From Octopus sinensis (Eukaryota), in NCBI RefSeq assembly GCF_006345805.1, contig NC_043003.1:49476001-49540000 (forward strand): DNA of 64,000 nt, written 5' to 3'. The translations under genes and the position numbers were made by a program. Under the pieces are notes generated by a model. It had not been told where the DNA came from. It ran no database searches and saw nothing but the letters and a program-made list of their open reading frames with translations. Below are positions 26,036 to 39,335 of the stretch, piece after piece (position 1 is the stretch's first letter; every line of letters starts with the position of its first letter).

Positions 26036-26599
26036 ATTTTGATGTTGAATAAAATCATAATTAACCCATTCTCTTGGTATTTTCTTTTACCCAAAGCCAG
26101 AAACTTTCCAGCCACACACTCATATATATTTATGTCACATAAATGTTATGTTATATCATGTTTTCGGGCATGGCTGTGTGGTTAGGGAGCTTGCTTCCTA
26201 GCTATATGGTTTCGGGTTCAGTCCCACCGCGTGGCACTTTGGGTAGGTGTCTTCCACTATAGCCCCGAGCCAACCGGAGCTTTGTGATTGAATTTGGTAG
26301 GTGGAAGTTACTGCCGTGTGTGTATGTGTGCGTATAGCTGCTCAGTGCCTCTCCAAAAGAGAGTGAGAGAGAGGGAATAATAATAGTCTACAGATGTGAT
26401 CCAATTGATTTGTTGATCTAAGGTTTTCTCCATTTTCTAATTATTTAAATTTGATTCCTGATAAACTTTTGTGTATCCTGTTGTTACCTGTACTCTACGA
26501 GCATAGTATGCCTGCCTACCTATGCCCACAGGTAACACAGGTAAGTGATACGGATAGTTTATCCCTCAGTTGGTTACTATAACTGCTAACTCTGCTTAC

Positions 26600-26630
<31 letters not shown>

Positions 26631-26881
26631 AATCATATACAAATGTGATGTATGAATGATATTTGTGTGCATGTGTGTGTGGTGCATACACATAAGTGTG
26701 CACTCGAGAGAACGATATGAGTATCTACTCAACTATATCTGTGACTATTCATACACCCACGCTCTCTCTTTCTCATTCTCTCACACATGCACACTAACAT
26801 CCACCTTCTCAAACACACACACACACACACACAAGTACATAAAAATATGCATACACGTGCATATATATTTGTCCACTTAAC

Positions 26882-26946
26882 CTAATGTATAACAACCAGA
26901 AAGGAACAGATGTTAAACATTTGCTGTACATATCCATTGTGAGCCG
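26882..26946 (-). CDS. Candidate coding exon E (RLTMDMYSKCLTSVPFWLLYI)
   Basis: Acceptor tttgattgtttgtgttaagtag|, donor TAG|GTTAAGT, 65 nt, phase 0 to phase 2. Confidence 0.4.
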
Positions 26947-27956
26947 CTACTTAACACAAACAATCAAACATAGGCAAGATACAGATTTACATTGCCACCC
27001 GCATGCATACTGATGCACAATTTGTGTTTGAGGTTATGCAGTTTGATTAGATACAGCGTCGTTGGTGTCATCATCATCATCATTTATCATCATCATCATC
27101 GTTGTCATTGTTGTCATTTGACATGATTGACACTACCACATTTACTATAATTCTTTTCTTTATTATTATCATCATTGACGTCATATTATTGTTGTCATCA
27201 CCATCATCTTCGTTAGCTTTATCATCAGCCTCATCATTGTCATAAACAACGCCATCGTCATCATAATCATCATCATCGTCGTCATTGTCATCATAATCAT
27301 CATTGTTGTTGTCGTTGACGATTTCGTTGTGATCATCATGATCCCCTTCGCCACCACCATCATCATTGTTGTTGCTGTGATTGTCGTCATCATCGTAATC
27401 ATCATCATCATCATCATCACCACCATCATCATCATCGTCCTCCTTGTTCTCCTTATCGTTAGTAGTAGCGGCAACATTATTAGCACATTTATTATTAAGC
27501 AGCATCAACATCATCAGTGCCATCCATCACCATCACCACAACCACCACCACCACCACAATCAAAATCATCATCATCGTCATCAGCAGCAGTTTCATCATC
27601 ATCATCAACAGCAGCAGTTATTAGCATCAACAGTGCCATTTACCAACATCATCATCACAACCACTACCACCACCACCACCACTACCATCATTATCATCAT
27701 TGATTTTTTTTTCCTACCATATTTGTATGGATATAAGTGTGTATAAATATATGTAATTCGTTCATGACCATGCTGGAGCATTAACTTTAAAAGTAAAGTC
27801 AATTATAATAATCCAACTACTTATTAGTTGTTATTAATTTGATGGCCTTCAGTAGGAAGAAAGACAGAGCTGGCATATGTATCCATATTTCTTTGTTTGT
27901 ATTCACATACATGTGGGCATATTAAAACACTTGATTTTAATTAGTATTGCAAATAA

Positions 27957-28390
27957 GGTAGCAAGCTGGCAGAATCATTAGCTGAGCAAAATGCTTAGCA
28001 GTATTTCGTCTGTCTTTACGTTCTGAGTTCAAATTCCACCGACGTTGATTTTGCCTTTCAGCCTATTGGTGTTGATGAAATACGTACCAGTTATGCACTG
28101 GGACCGATAAAATCGACTAACTCCTCAACCCCATGTTTCAGGCCTTGTGCCTATGGTAGAAAGGATTATTATTATAGCAAGGCGGTATGCTGGCAGAATT
28201 GTTAGCACGTTGGACAAAATGCTTAGTGGTATTTCATCCGTCATTATGTTCTGAGTTCAAATTCCACCGAGGTTGACTTTGCATTTTATTATTTTGGGGT
28301 TGATAAACTAAGTGCCATTTGAGTACTGGGGTTGATGTAATTGACTTTCCCACTTCCCCTAAATTTCAGGCCCTGTGCTTATAGTAATAA
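27957..28390 (+). mobile_element. Two tandem SINE family A copies
   Basis: Two successive A units. Confidence 0.8.
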
Positions 28391-29120
28391 AATAAATATA
28401 TCAATATTTTGATGATGATGATGATAATGATCATCATCATTTAATGTCTGCTTTCCATGCTGGCATGAGTCAGCTGGTTTAACTGGAACTGGTACGCCAG
28501 AGTGCTGCACCAGGTTCCATGTCTGATTTTGGCTTGGTTTCTACAGCTAGATGCCCTTCTTAACATCAACCACTTTACAGAGTGCACTGGGTGTCTCTAA
28601 CATGTCACTGGCATGGGCACCTTTTATGTGTCCCTGGCACTGGCCACGACCACAATTTCACTTCCCTTGTCATGTCTTCTCAAGCACAGCAATTCACCAG
28701 AAATCTCTGTCACTTGTCATTGCCTCCATGAAACTCAACAACCAAAGACAGACTCAACAATAATTGTTTATCTTTAAAATGACATTGTAGGGTAGGTGAA
28801 AGAGGCTTGATACCACCAGTTTCACCATTAAACAAGTGGAATATCTGGACCTGATATGACTGATTTAAGCGCTAAAGGGTTAAAGCCATTTTCTTTATAT
28901 TCTGTGTCAAAGTATGGAGGTAGTCTTGTTTAGTAACTAAATAAATGCATGTATGAATTTAATGAATGGGTTCCATTATGGCCCAATGCTTATTGATGTA
29001 CTTAGCTTTGTGGAAAAAGTTTACATATATAGGTTGCAATTATCCTCATTTAAACATAGATCTTGCATGCGCTTATACACACACATTTATGTACCTGGTA
29101 AGACAGTATCCGTCGATATA

Positions 29121-30005
29121 GGTGCAGGAGTGGCTGTGTGGTAAGTAGCTTGCTTACTGACCACATGATTCCAGGATCAGTCCCATTGCATGGAACCTTG
29201 GGCAAGTGTCTTCTACTATAGCCTCAGGCCGACCAAAGCCTTGTGAGTGGATTTGGTCGATGGAAACTGAAAGAAGCCCGTTGTATATATATATGTATAT
29301 ATATATATATATGTGTGTGTGTGAACACATGCGTGTATGTGTGTTTGTGTGTCTGTATTTGCCTCCACCCCACCAACATTGCTTGACAACCAGTGTTGGT
29401 ATGTTTACATCCCTGTAAGTTAGCGGTTCTGCAAAAGAGATCAATAGAATAAGTACTCAGCTTACAAAGAATAAGTCCTAAGGTCGATTTGCTCAACTAA
29501 AGGCAGTGCTCCAGTATGGCCACAGTCACATGACTGAAACAAATAATATATATGCACATACATATATACAGGCTCACATGTATAGGTGCATGTTATATCC
29601 ACATGCACACACACATATCTTTTATCTTTTATCTTTAGACTGTGTCATTAGACTGTGGCCATGCTGAGGCACCACTTTGAAGAATTTTTACCCAAATGAT
29701 TTATTTTGCCAAGCCTGGTACTTGTTGTTCTATCATTTCTCTTTTCTAATGTTTTGCTGAACCACTAAGTTATGGGAATATAAATATAGCAACATCAGTT
29801 GTCAAGCAGTGGTGAAGGACAAACAGACACACACACACACACAGACATGCACAATGGGCTTCTTCTAGTTTCCATCTACCATATCAATTCATAAGGCTTT
29901 GGTTAATCCAAGGCTATAGTAGAAGACACTTGTTGGAAGTGCCACGCAGTGGGACTGAACCTGGAACCAAGTGGTTTGGAAGCAAGCTTCTTACAACACA
30001 GCCAC
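29121..30005. mobile_element. Inverted, tail-to-tail pair of SINE family B copies (29121-29542 plus; 29630-30005 minus)
   Basis: Both copies include head and tail and lie about 90 bp apart. Confidence 0.8.
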
Positions 30006-30753
30006 AGGAATTTTCAATCATATACATATATGTATGGAGCATAATTTCAAATCTACATCAGACATTCTATTGTACTTCTGGCTAGAGTCACATAATTCTC
30101 ATTTTATTCTCACATTGCTTCAGATCCACTTACCTGATGCTAACAGGTAACCTTACACCCATGTACTATTTTCCTATCCAGGAACAGATCTGTCTGTCAT
30201 TCACACTTCATGCTTATGGAACCGAAACATAACACCAACATTCAGTGATTCCACACTTAAAAGAACTTAAAAGAACAAATTTGAACTCGTGTGTAGACAT
30301 GGTATTCTTCAGTTTGGTAATTTAGCATCAAGCAATATTTACAGTTTCAGATGAAGTAAGGGCGATTATTATTTTATGGGTCTGATCTTTTGTCTTTCTT
30401 CCCTCTATCAGGTAGGATCTAGAAAGTCCTGACTGTTGAAGAGAATGGTATTTTAGTTATTTTCATGAGAAAATGGCTTTATTAATTTCAGTAGCACCAG
30501 GAGCTTTTGGTTAATGGCATTGTGAATTGATTGATTATTTTTCTATTAAATTCTTTGTTTTTTAGACTTGACAGAAAAGTATACATACACAAAAACATAT
30601 ACACGCCATCACTCTCACCACACATACACGAGCAGAACCATATATAGCAAACACAAAACACATACATATATACATAGAAACACATACAAAGGTATACACA
30701 GATGTAAATACACACATGTCTATAAATGTTTGTGTAAATGTATGCATGCATCT

Positions 30754-30787
<34 letters not shown>

Positions 30788-30989
30788 ATGCATACAAGTT
30801 TGTCTGTCTCTATGAAAATAAAATACACATGTATGTATCTATATAGAAATATATAAAGATAAATGTAAACACAAAAACAGACATGTAGGTGTGTGTGTGT
30901 GTGTGTGTGTGCGTGTGTGTGTGTGTGTGTGTGTTGTGTGGTGTGTGTGTGTGTGTGGTGTGTGTGTGTGTGTTGTGTGTGTATACATA

Positions 30990-31957
30990 CAGGGTGTTTG
31001 GGATAAATTTGACAACTTTTTAATGTTTCCTCTTTTCAGTAACAGCTTGATGTATTAGCGAACAGTCAACAGCATTGGAGTGTTAGAGAGTAAAAAAAGA
31101 TTGAAGTTGTAGTTTAGAAAATGTTAGTTGTCATGGAGGACCGGAAACCATCTGAATATTGGAAGAAAAAGCTTCCCCTATCATGATGATTCATGCTGGG
31201 TGTTAAAATACTAATATCAAGCCTGCTGCTCAATGCTCTGCAAATGATGTAAAAAGCTGTAAGACGTAACGTGGACAGCTGCAATGCAGACTATGAAGTC
31301 ATGGACAGCAGGAAGGGACATAGCAGGAAGGGACATAGTAGGTATTCTAACTACATTCACATGCTGTTGGAATTCATCCAATAAGTGATGAACAAGGCCT
31401 TAGGTTCAATTCGAATGTCTATGTGAAGCTGCAGGAGACTGTGGTCAAACCCTGGCTGGAAGGAGTTACTGCTGGAAGGCCATATGTGTGGCTCCTTACT
31501 AAACATCTGGGAAGAGTTAGAGGTGGCTGTTGGAGTATTTCTATTTGTACCTCTTGACCCCTTTTTCTTAACGGTCGCTGACCCTGCTGACTCCTCTATC
31601 TCCCTTGCACCAGCCCCCAATGTCTGGCAACCCAATTCCCCCAGTTGTAATCTCATAGATTACTATGTGTGGGACACAGTTGAGAAAGACACGAACCACT
31701 TTCCCTGCAACACCAGTACCCTTCTGATGGCCAAGATCAAGGAGGCGTTTGAGCATTTTCTCAAGGATACAGCGAAGTATTCATGTACCAGGTTCTGGAG
31801 ATATTTTGAGGCTTTGATGGAAGCTGATGGCAGCTGTTTTGAGTAAACTGTTATCTCTCAGCCATAATCTAGTTGATAGGTTTTGATTTTTTAAAATGCT
31901 TTTAATTTTGGATGGGATATTGTTATGCAAACTGTCAAATTTAGCACAAGCACCCTA
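30990..31957 (+). mobile_element. Internally deleted Tc1/mariner element
   Basis: Imperfect TIRs cagggtgtttgggataaatttgacaac / actgtcaaatttagcacaagcaccct; transposase C-terminus WQPNSPSCNLIDYYVWDTVEKDTNHFPCNT...ALMEADGSCFE. Confidence 0.85.
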
Positions 31958-31979
31958 CATACATACATACATACATACA

Positions 31980-32234
31980 TGCATGGTGGCTGTCTACTCC
32001 TGATGCAGAGTCTGACTATGTCTTGTACCTACACCTTAAATCCATCATGGCATCTGATGTGGCTTTTTAAACCAGACAATGTATTGAAAAGACACCCACA
32101 TAAATTGCATACCAGATTTGGACTACCAAGAGCTGCAGTTAAGTTCTGCTCTTTGTGAATCTTAAAATGTCTTTTGAGGCGTCTGTTAGATTTGCAAACC
32201 TCATTGTATACACGGCATTGAAAGGTGTGCACAG

Positions 32235-32235
<1 letters not shown>
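31980..32235 (-). mobile_element. Probable LINE 3-prime end encoding two C2H2-type zinc fingers
   Basis: FQCRVYNEVCKSNRRLKRHFKIH and LVCNLCGCLFNTLSGLKSHIRCH, then stop and a short tail into (CATA)n; no splice signals. Confidence 0.6.
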
Positions 32236-32270
<35 letters not shown>

Positions 32271-32404
32271 TCAAAATTAAAACACACACACACATATGCA
32301 TATCTTCAAATCTTTGTCCTATGACATGATCCACCCCTATTTTTGACCAACTCTTCTGCTCTAAATAGCCTTACCATTTATCTTACAGTACTGCTCCTTT
32401 TCTT

Positions 32405-32650
32405 GGCGAGCTGGCAGAAGGTGAGCTGGCAGAAATGTTAGCACGCTGGGCGAAATGCTTAGCGGTATTTCATCTGCCGTTACGTTCTGAGTTCAAATTC
32501 TGCCGAGGTCAACTTTGCCTTTCATCCTTTCGGGGTCGTTTAAATAAGTAACAGTTATGCACTGGGGTTGATATAATCGACTTAATCGGTTTGTCTGTCC
32601 CTGTTTGTCCCCTCTGTGTGTAGCCCCTTGTGGGAAGTAAAGAAATAAGT
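32405..32650 (+). mobile_element. SINE family A with duplicated head (ggcgagctggcagaa twice)
   Basis: Near-consensus copy. Confidence 0.85.
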
Positions 32651-33197
32651 ATTGCTCCTTTTCTCTCCTGGTCCTTCTGTTATCACTCTCCCTCTCTCTC
32701 CCTCCCCCTCTCTCTCTTCTAATCCCCTCCTTGGTCACTTGCTCAGATGTAAATACCAAAGATTCTTGTGTACTTCTGATACATCCTCCCCTCCCTCATG
32801 CCCCTCCTTGTTGTCTACATTCCTCTTTACTCTGCAATTTTCCCTTCTTGATCTATATATCTGAGCTCTGAGCACCCTCTACATTCTACCAGATACAAAA
32901 CACTACCCTTCCTGTACAGGAGCACTCCATCAGTTATGATGATGAGGGTCCCAGCTGATATGATCAATGGAACAGCTTGCTTGTGAAGTTAACGTGCAAG
33001 TGGCTGAGCAATCCACAGACACATGTGCTCCTAACATAGTTCACAGAGAGATTCAGCATGACACAGAATGTGACAAGGCTGGCCCTTTGAAATACAAGTA
33101 CTATTCGTTTATGCCAGCTGAGTGGACTGGAGCAAGGACACAATGCGTTGCTGGGGATTGAACTCATGACATTTCGTGAGTTGAATGCCTTAACACT

Positions 33198-33297
33198 NNN
33201 NNNNNNNNNNNNNNNNNNNNNNNNNNNNNNNNNNNNNNNNNNNNNNNNNNNNNNNNNNNNNNNNNNNNNNNNNNNNNNNNNNNNNNNNNNNNNNNNN
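33198..33297. other. Assembly gap (100 N)
   Basis: Run of N. Confidence 1.
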
Positions 33298-33963
33298 ATG
33301 AAAGATCATATCACATTTGAATACACTTGAATGTGTATTCAAAGATCTTTCTCCACTACCTACCCCATCTAACAAATCTTTCTTCAGCAGCCCTTTATCA
33401 AGATCTGTATTGTATAGTCTACCAATTGTCCAATAGCTTTGTCCCCCCACCCAACTCAGAATTTGAACTCAGAACGTAACAGCAGATGAAATACTACTAA
33501 GCATAAGTACCTGTTGAACACTGGTGGATGATGTAATCAACTTTTCCTCTCTGCTGAAATTGCTGGCTTTGTACCAAAATTTAAAACCAATATCTTCTTT
33601 CACTAGTTGTTCTGCTTCTAGATCTTCCTCCACCAGAGTTTGCTTCACAATAATTTCTATTCTCCAAACTTCAATCATTAGATGTGACCTTTCGAACATC
33701 ACCTGACATTTCCTTTTAAAGAACTTCTATGAAAAGCAAACCTTTCCTTCTATAAAACCTCGTTCTCCTCTCTCTAGAGAACTTTCCAGAAGCATATAAG
33801 TGTTTTAAAGAAACTCAATCTAATAACCTTTCTTTCTAATGCTGTGTGTTCCAAACACTTTAAAATCCCTCATTTCCTAAAACATAGTGTAAATGTGTGC
33901 ATACATGCATGTATATAAATATGTGTGCATGTGCACGTGTTTGTATGTGTGTATATATATGTA

Positions 33964-33994
<31 letters not shown>

Positions 33995-34439
33995 ATGCCG
34001 GTGCATGATAGAAATATGTAATATGTATTTTTTTTGGCCTGTATATATCTGTGTAGGTATAAATATATGTGTGATTGTGTATACAATATGTGGTTGTGTA
34101 TGTGTGTGTCTATATGTGAATATATGCCATTTTGTAAGCGTGTTAATTTTAATATGTATACATTTCCATGAATAAGTATGTGCGTATTTCCATGCATGAG
34201 TCTGAGTTTAAAAGTCACTGTCTAAAAGTTGTGTGTGCATATGTGTGTATGTATATGATTGAATGTGTGTCTGTATGTCTATGTTTGTGTGTGTATATAT
34301 ATGCATATCAACACAAATGTGTTTGTGTGGTAGTTCAGTCTGTTGTGTATGCGTTGTTATTGCTCAGTGTATTATTATGTGTGCATGTTTGTAAGTGTGC
34401 ATATGTGTGTGTGTGTGATCATCTAAATTCTAAATATAC

Positions 34440-34562
34440 AGTGTGTGTTTGTCTTTATGCAAGGCTGTCTAACCATGTATGTGAATGTGTATACATATTT
34501 ATATGTGTATGTACGTACGTATGTATGTGTGTGTGTATATATGTACATATATATGCATGTAC

Positions 34563-34614
<52 letters not shown>

Positions 34615-35140
34615 TATGTACATATATATGTACATATATGCTTTTATATATGTATATACATATATGTATATATATATACATATATATATATTTATAATAA
34701 GATTATATATATATACATATATGTATATATATATATGTACATATATATGCATGTACATATGTATATACATATATGTATATATACATATATGTATATATAG
34801 ATACATATATATAATATATATATGTATATATTATATGTACATATATATGTACATATATATGCATGTACATATGTATATACATATATGTATGTATATATAT
34901 TATATATATATAATATATTACATATTTATGTGTGAGTGTGTATGTATGAATGTTTATTTGTATATATACACGCACACACATATATACATGCATATTTGTA
35001 TATTTATGTGTGTATATATGTGTCTGTATATATATGTGTGTACATATTTGTGTGTGTATGTATGTATGTATATACACACACATATACATGTAAATATATA
35101 TGTATGTACATATATTTACGTGTGTATGTAGGTATGTATG

Positions 35141-35172
<32 letters not shown>

Positions 35173-36034
35173 TACACATGTACATATATTCATGTATATA
35201 TGTACCTTTGTATATGTATACACACACACACGCACACACACACAAACACACACACAAGCATATATACACATGCATACATGATGGGCTTGGAAACTAGTGA
35301 TGGTAGGTGACAAACAGGAAGGGCATCCAGCCATAGAAGAATCTGTCTCAATAAGCTCCGTCTGACTTAGGCAAGCATGGAAAAGTGAATGTTAATGATG
35401 AGGACATCGTATACACACGGTTCTGTAACTGTCTGCGTATACATGTGTCCTCTTGTCTGTATTTACATTACTCTTTACGAATATATTTCTTGAAATTGCC
35501 TATAAATGTATATTCCTACATGTCTGAAAGTTACTGTGCATTCTACATGGTATGTTTGTACGAGACTGTGGTATGTACATATGCAAGTATGATTGCCTGT
35601 ATATATGTCTGTGTGCATGTATGTATGTATATATGTATATATGTAAATATGTATGTATGTATGTATGTGTGTATGTATGTGTGTATATATGTATGTATGT
35701 ATATATGTGTGTATGCATGTATGTATGCATACCTGTGTTTGTGTTTGTCTGAGTGGCTTGATGAAGTTCAAGGTAACTAAGTAAATTGGCTAAAGACATT
35801 CGGTCAATAGATTTTCGATGTGCCCATGTTTATAGAGGCTGTGTATAGTAGTATAAGTAGAGAGACATGTAACTGGGTGTTTGTGTTGTTGAACTTTTGT
35901 TTTATACACACGCACACACATGTAGCTATTCTCATGTATATATATGTGCATATATATATCTATATATACACACACATACATACATATATATATATATGTG
36001 TGTGTATATGTATATATATATATATATGTGTGTG

Positions 36035-36066
<32 letters not shown>

Positions 36067-36089
36067 ATATGTATGTATGTATATATATG

Positions 36090-36146
<57 letters not shown>

Positions 36147-36284
36147 ATATATATATATGTATGTATATATATATGTATGTATATATATATGTATGTATAT
36201 ATATATACGTATATATATATATGTGTGTATATATATATATATATAATGTGTATATATATATATATGTGTATATATATATATATA

Positions 36285-36316
<32 letters not shown>

Positions 36317-36330
36317 ATATATGTACTTTT
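34440..36330. repeat. Large compound (TA)n/(TG)n/(TACA)n microsatellite field; similar fields near 3000-3660, 43090-43650 and 51390-52000
   Basis: Direct inspection. Confidence 0.95.
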
Positions 36331-36693
36331 ACACAGACACAGATGCACGCATAGGATATATCATGTGTGTACAAATAGATGTACAATTGTCGCTGTTATG
36401 TTTAGAGCTCTGTGTACTGTAGATTATCATAATCCAGTCTGCTTTCTGTAGAGTTATTAAGTAACTATTAAGCTGAGTAGTAAGACTAGTTATGAAATAC
36501 TGAGAATATACATATACACTGCCCCAGTATGGCCACAATCAAATGACTGAAACAAGAAATACATTCATACATATACACTCTGACATATAATATATATACA
36601 AATGTGTATGTATATTATATAGAGGGCATTACTATACATAAATGCCACATGCTACGAGGGACTCTTAAAGTCAAAACTACCCAAATAAACACA

Positions 36694-36764
<71 letters not shown>

Positions 36765-37553
36765 TTTAAATAATGAGGGAGATAAATTTAATATTAATTT
36801 AATTAATATCAATTTAAAACCAGTAGCCTAGAGTGTATTTATACATATTATACAAATTGCTGCCCTTGTGCCAAACTTTGAAGTCAACTAGTGCTGGTGC
36901 CATGAAGACAAAGCAGCCAGTACAGTCTGTGATATAGTTTGGAAAGGCATCAAGCTGTAAAAACCAAGCCAAAGTAGACATTAGAGCGTGATACAGTTCT
37001 CCGGCTCATCAGATCTTGTCTCACATGCCTGGCTCTCCATTGGCTTCAACGATGAAGGCTCCAGTTGATTTGATCCACAGAACAGCCTTCTTGTGAAATT
37101 AATGTGCAAGTGGCTGAACACTCTACAGACGTGCATGCCTTAACATAATTCTCAGGGAGATTTAGTGTGACAGAGAAAGTGACAAGGCTGGCCCTTTTTA
37201 AATTACAAATACAACTAATTTTTGACAGCTGAGTGCACTGGAGTGACATGAAATGAAGTGTCTTGCTCAAGGACATGACACACTGCAGACTGGAGCCTGG
37301 TGCAGCCATCTGGTTGCCAGCCCTCAGTCAAAACCGTCCAACCCATGCTAGCATGGAAAACGGACGTTAAATGATGATGATGTATATATATATACATATA
37401 TACACACACATATACATATACACATATATATGTATGTATGTGTGTGTATATACAGATATATATATATGCATATATATATATAGGAATTGAACTTTTAACC
37501 TTACAATTGCGAGCCTAGTACACTAACCGCTAAGCCACTCATCTTCACACATA

Positions 37554-37765
37554 GAGGGTGGACCAAAAGTAGGTTTACAATTATTCAACTATCTCCTTCA
37601 CATTCATATATTAACAGTTTAGATCTTAATTATATAAAAATATGAAACCATTATTCTATGCTAATTTAGTTTATTGTAAGATAGAAATTTAAATGTAATA
37701 AAATGTTTTAAAAGAAATTTAAAGTGCCTACGTGATAACTGCAAATCTACTTTTGGGCCACCCAG
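37554..37765. mobile_element. Tc1/mariner-type MITE
   Basis: TIRs gagggtggaccaaaagtaggtttacaatt / aactgcaaatctacttttgggccacccag with TA on both sides. Confidence 0.75.
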
Positions 37766-38614
37766 TACACATATGCATACACATACACACCCACAGGCAC
37801 TCATACACACACACACACACACACACAAAACACACACATGCTTGTATGTATCATAGAGACTGAAATTTCTCTTTATCATCATTTTGAGTTTTCTGTCTCC
37901 ATTCTTGACATATTTTCACTGGTTTTACTTCTTGTTTGCAAATATTACTTTGCATATATCTGTATATATATATCTGTGTGTGTGTGTGTGTGTGTATGGT
38001 GTGTGTCTACATATGCATGTCATGCACAAACATACATATATAGATCTATATCTGGGTGTGTTTACGTGATGTGTGTACAAATATGCATACACACACACAC
38101 ATACACATATATATACATATACATGCATAAATATACACTTCTATACATATATTTACACACACACATACATATACATACATACATATATATATTTATATAT
38201 ATATATATACACACATACATACATACATAATATATACATACACGTGTGAATGTGCGTGCATGTGTGTATGTGTGTGCATGTGTGTAAGTGTGTGTGTGTA
38301 TGTATGTAAGTATGTGTGTGCATGTGTGTATGTATGTAAGTGAGTGTGTGTGTGTGTATGTCATATCCTATATCTTGAATGTAGATACATAAGAAAGTGT
38401 ATGAATGTCTGAACTGCTACAGAAACATATCACCTTTGCTGTCTCAACAGAAACAATTGCTTTTTGTTATCTGCACTCCATCCCCTCCGCCGCCACCACC
38501 ACCACCTCTGTCGTAATGACGTAAGTTGTTTTGTACAGTGAAACCCCTTTAGTGTGTTGACATTTGTGGTTACCTGTCTATCTACACTGAACTGACAATC
38601 TCTGACAATCTTAC

Positions 38615-38666
38615 CATGAGATTCCAGTCAATTTCGGAAGATATTGCAGAAAATAGCAAAGAAATA
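38615..38666 (-). CDS. Candidate coding exon D (ISLLFSAISSEIDWNLM)
   Basis: Acceptor gtgatttcacag|, donor ATG|GTAAGA, 52 nt, phase 2 to phase 0, joins exon C in frame. Confidence 0.45.
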
Positions 38667-38764
38667 CTGTGAAATCACACCTGACTATTTTTAAAATACC
38701 GTATTTTAACATGTATAAGGAATCCCCTAATTTTGGGGTCTTAAAATTTGGAAACAAAGTTTTG

Positions 38765-39120
38765 TAAGTTCTATATTTAAAAGATGAGTTATGTACATTA
38801 TTTACATTTGATGCCATATGCCCGTGGGTATATGGCGTAGTTGTAAAGAGCGCTGGCTACTAACCCCAAGATTCTGAGTTCGATTCCAGGCAGTGACCTG
38901 AATAACAATAATAATGATAATAATAATAGTAATAATAATAATAATAACGATGATGATAATAATAATAATAATAGCATTGAAAAATACCTTAGGAATGAGA
39001 ACCCAGGTTTGAAATGTTCCCAAGACACCTGATGAAGGCTGGAGGGTATATCAGCCGAAATGTGTTAACAACAAACAAGATGAGGACAAATATCAAATGT
39101 AAATAAGGTAAATAATGTAA
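38765..39120 (+). mobile_element. tRNA-headed retroposon with (AAT)n spacer, Penelope-like tail and hammerhead motif
   Basis: Box A tggcgtagttgt (38833-38844), box B gagttcgattc (38876-38886), CTGATGA-a-ggctg/cagcc-GAAA (39029-39060), inverted copy of the tail at 38765-38815. Confidence 0.6.
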
Positions 39121-39154
39121 GGTTTTGTAAGGGATTATGATACTATCCATGTAT

Positions 39155-39335
39155 AAGAAACTCTGGAAGCCATCTACTCGCAATACCAGAGGGCGCACAC
39201 TCTCCTACCCTGATGTAATCTCCAGGGATACAGGCATCCAGCAACAGGACCTCCGTAATGCCATGATGGACCGTGAAGTCTGGCGTAGCATGGTAAATTC
39301 CATTGTCTCGACCACGGTCGAACAATGATGATGAA
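39155..39335 (+). mobile_element. Young 5-prime-truncated RTE-type LINE 3-prime end
   Basis: LWKPSTRNTRGRTLSYPDVISRDTGIQQQDLRNAMMDREVWRSMV then (TGA)n; CpG-rich. Confidence 0.8.

Noticed and set aside
33469-33860. 77-aa ORF beside the gap
   Set aside because: No splice signals or recognisable motifs; runs into a SINE A fragment
35479-35523. 45-nt minus-strand exon candidate (HVGIYIYRQFQEIY)
   Set aside because: Phase 2-2 in a phase-0 intron; weak splice sites
38820-38900. tRNA gene
   Set aside because: Boxes A and B are present but the anticodon and acceptor stems do not pair; treated as a SINE head
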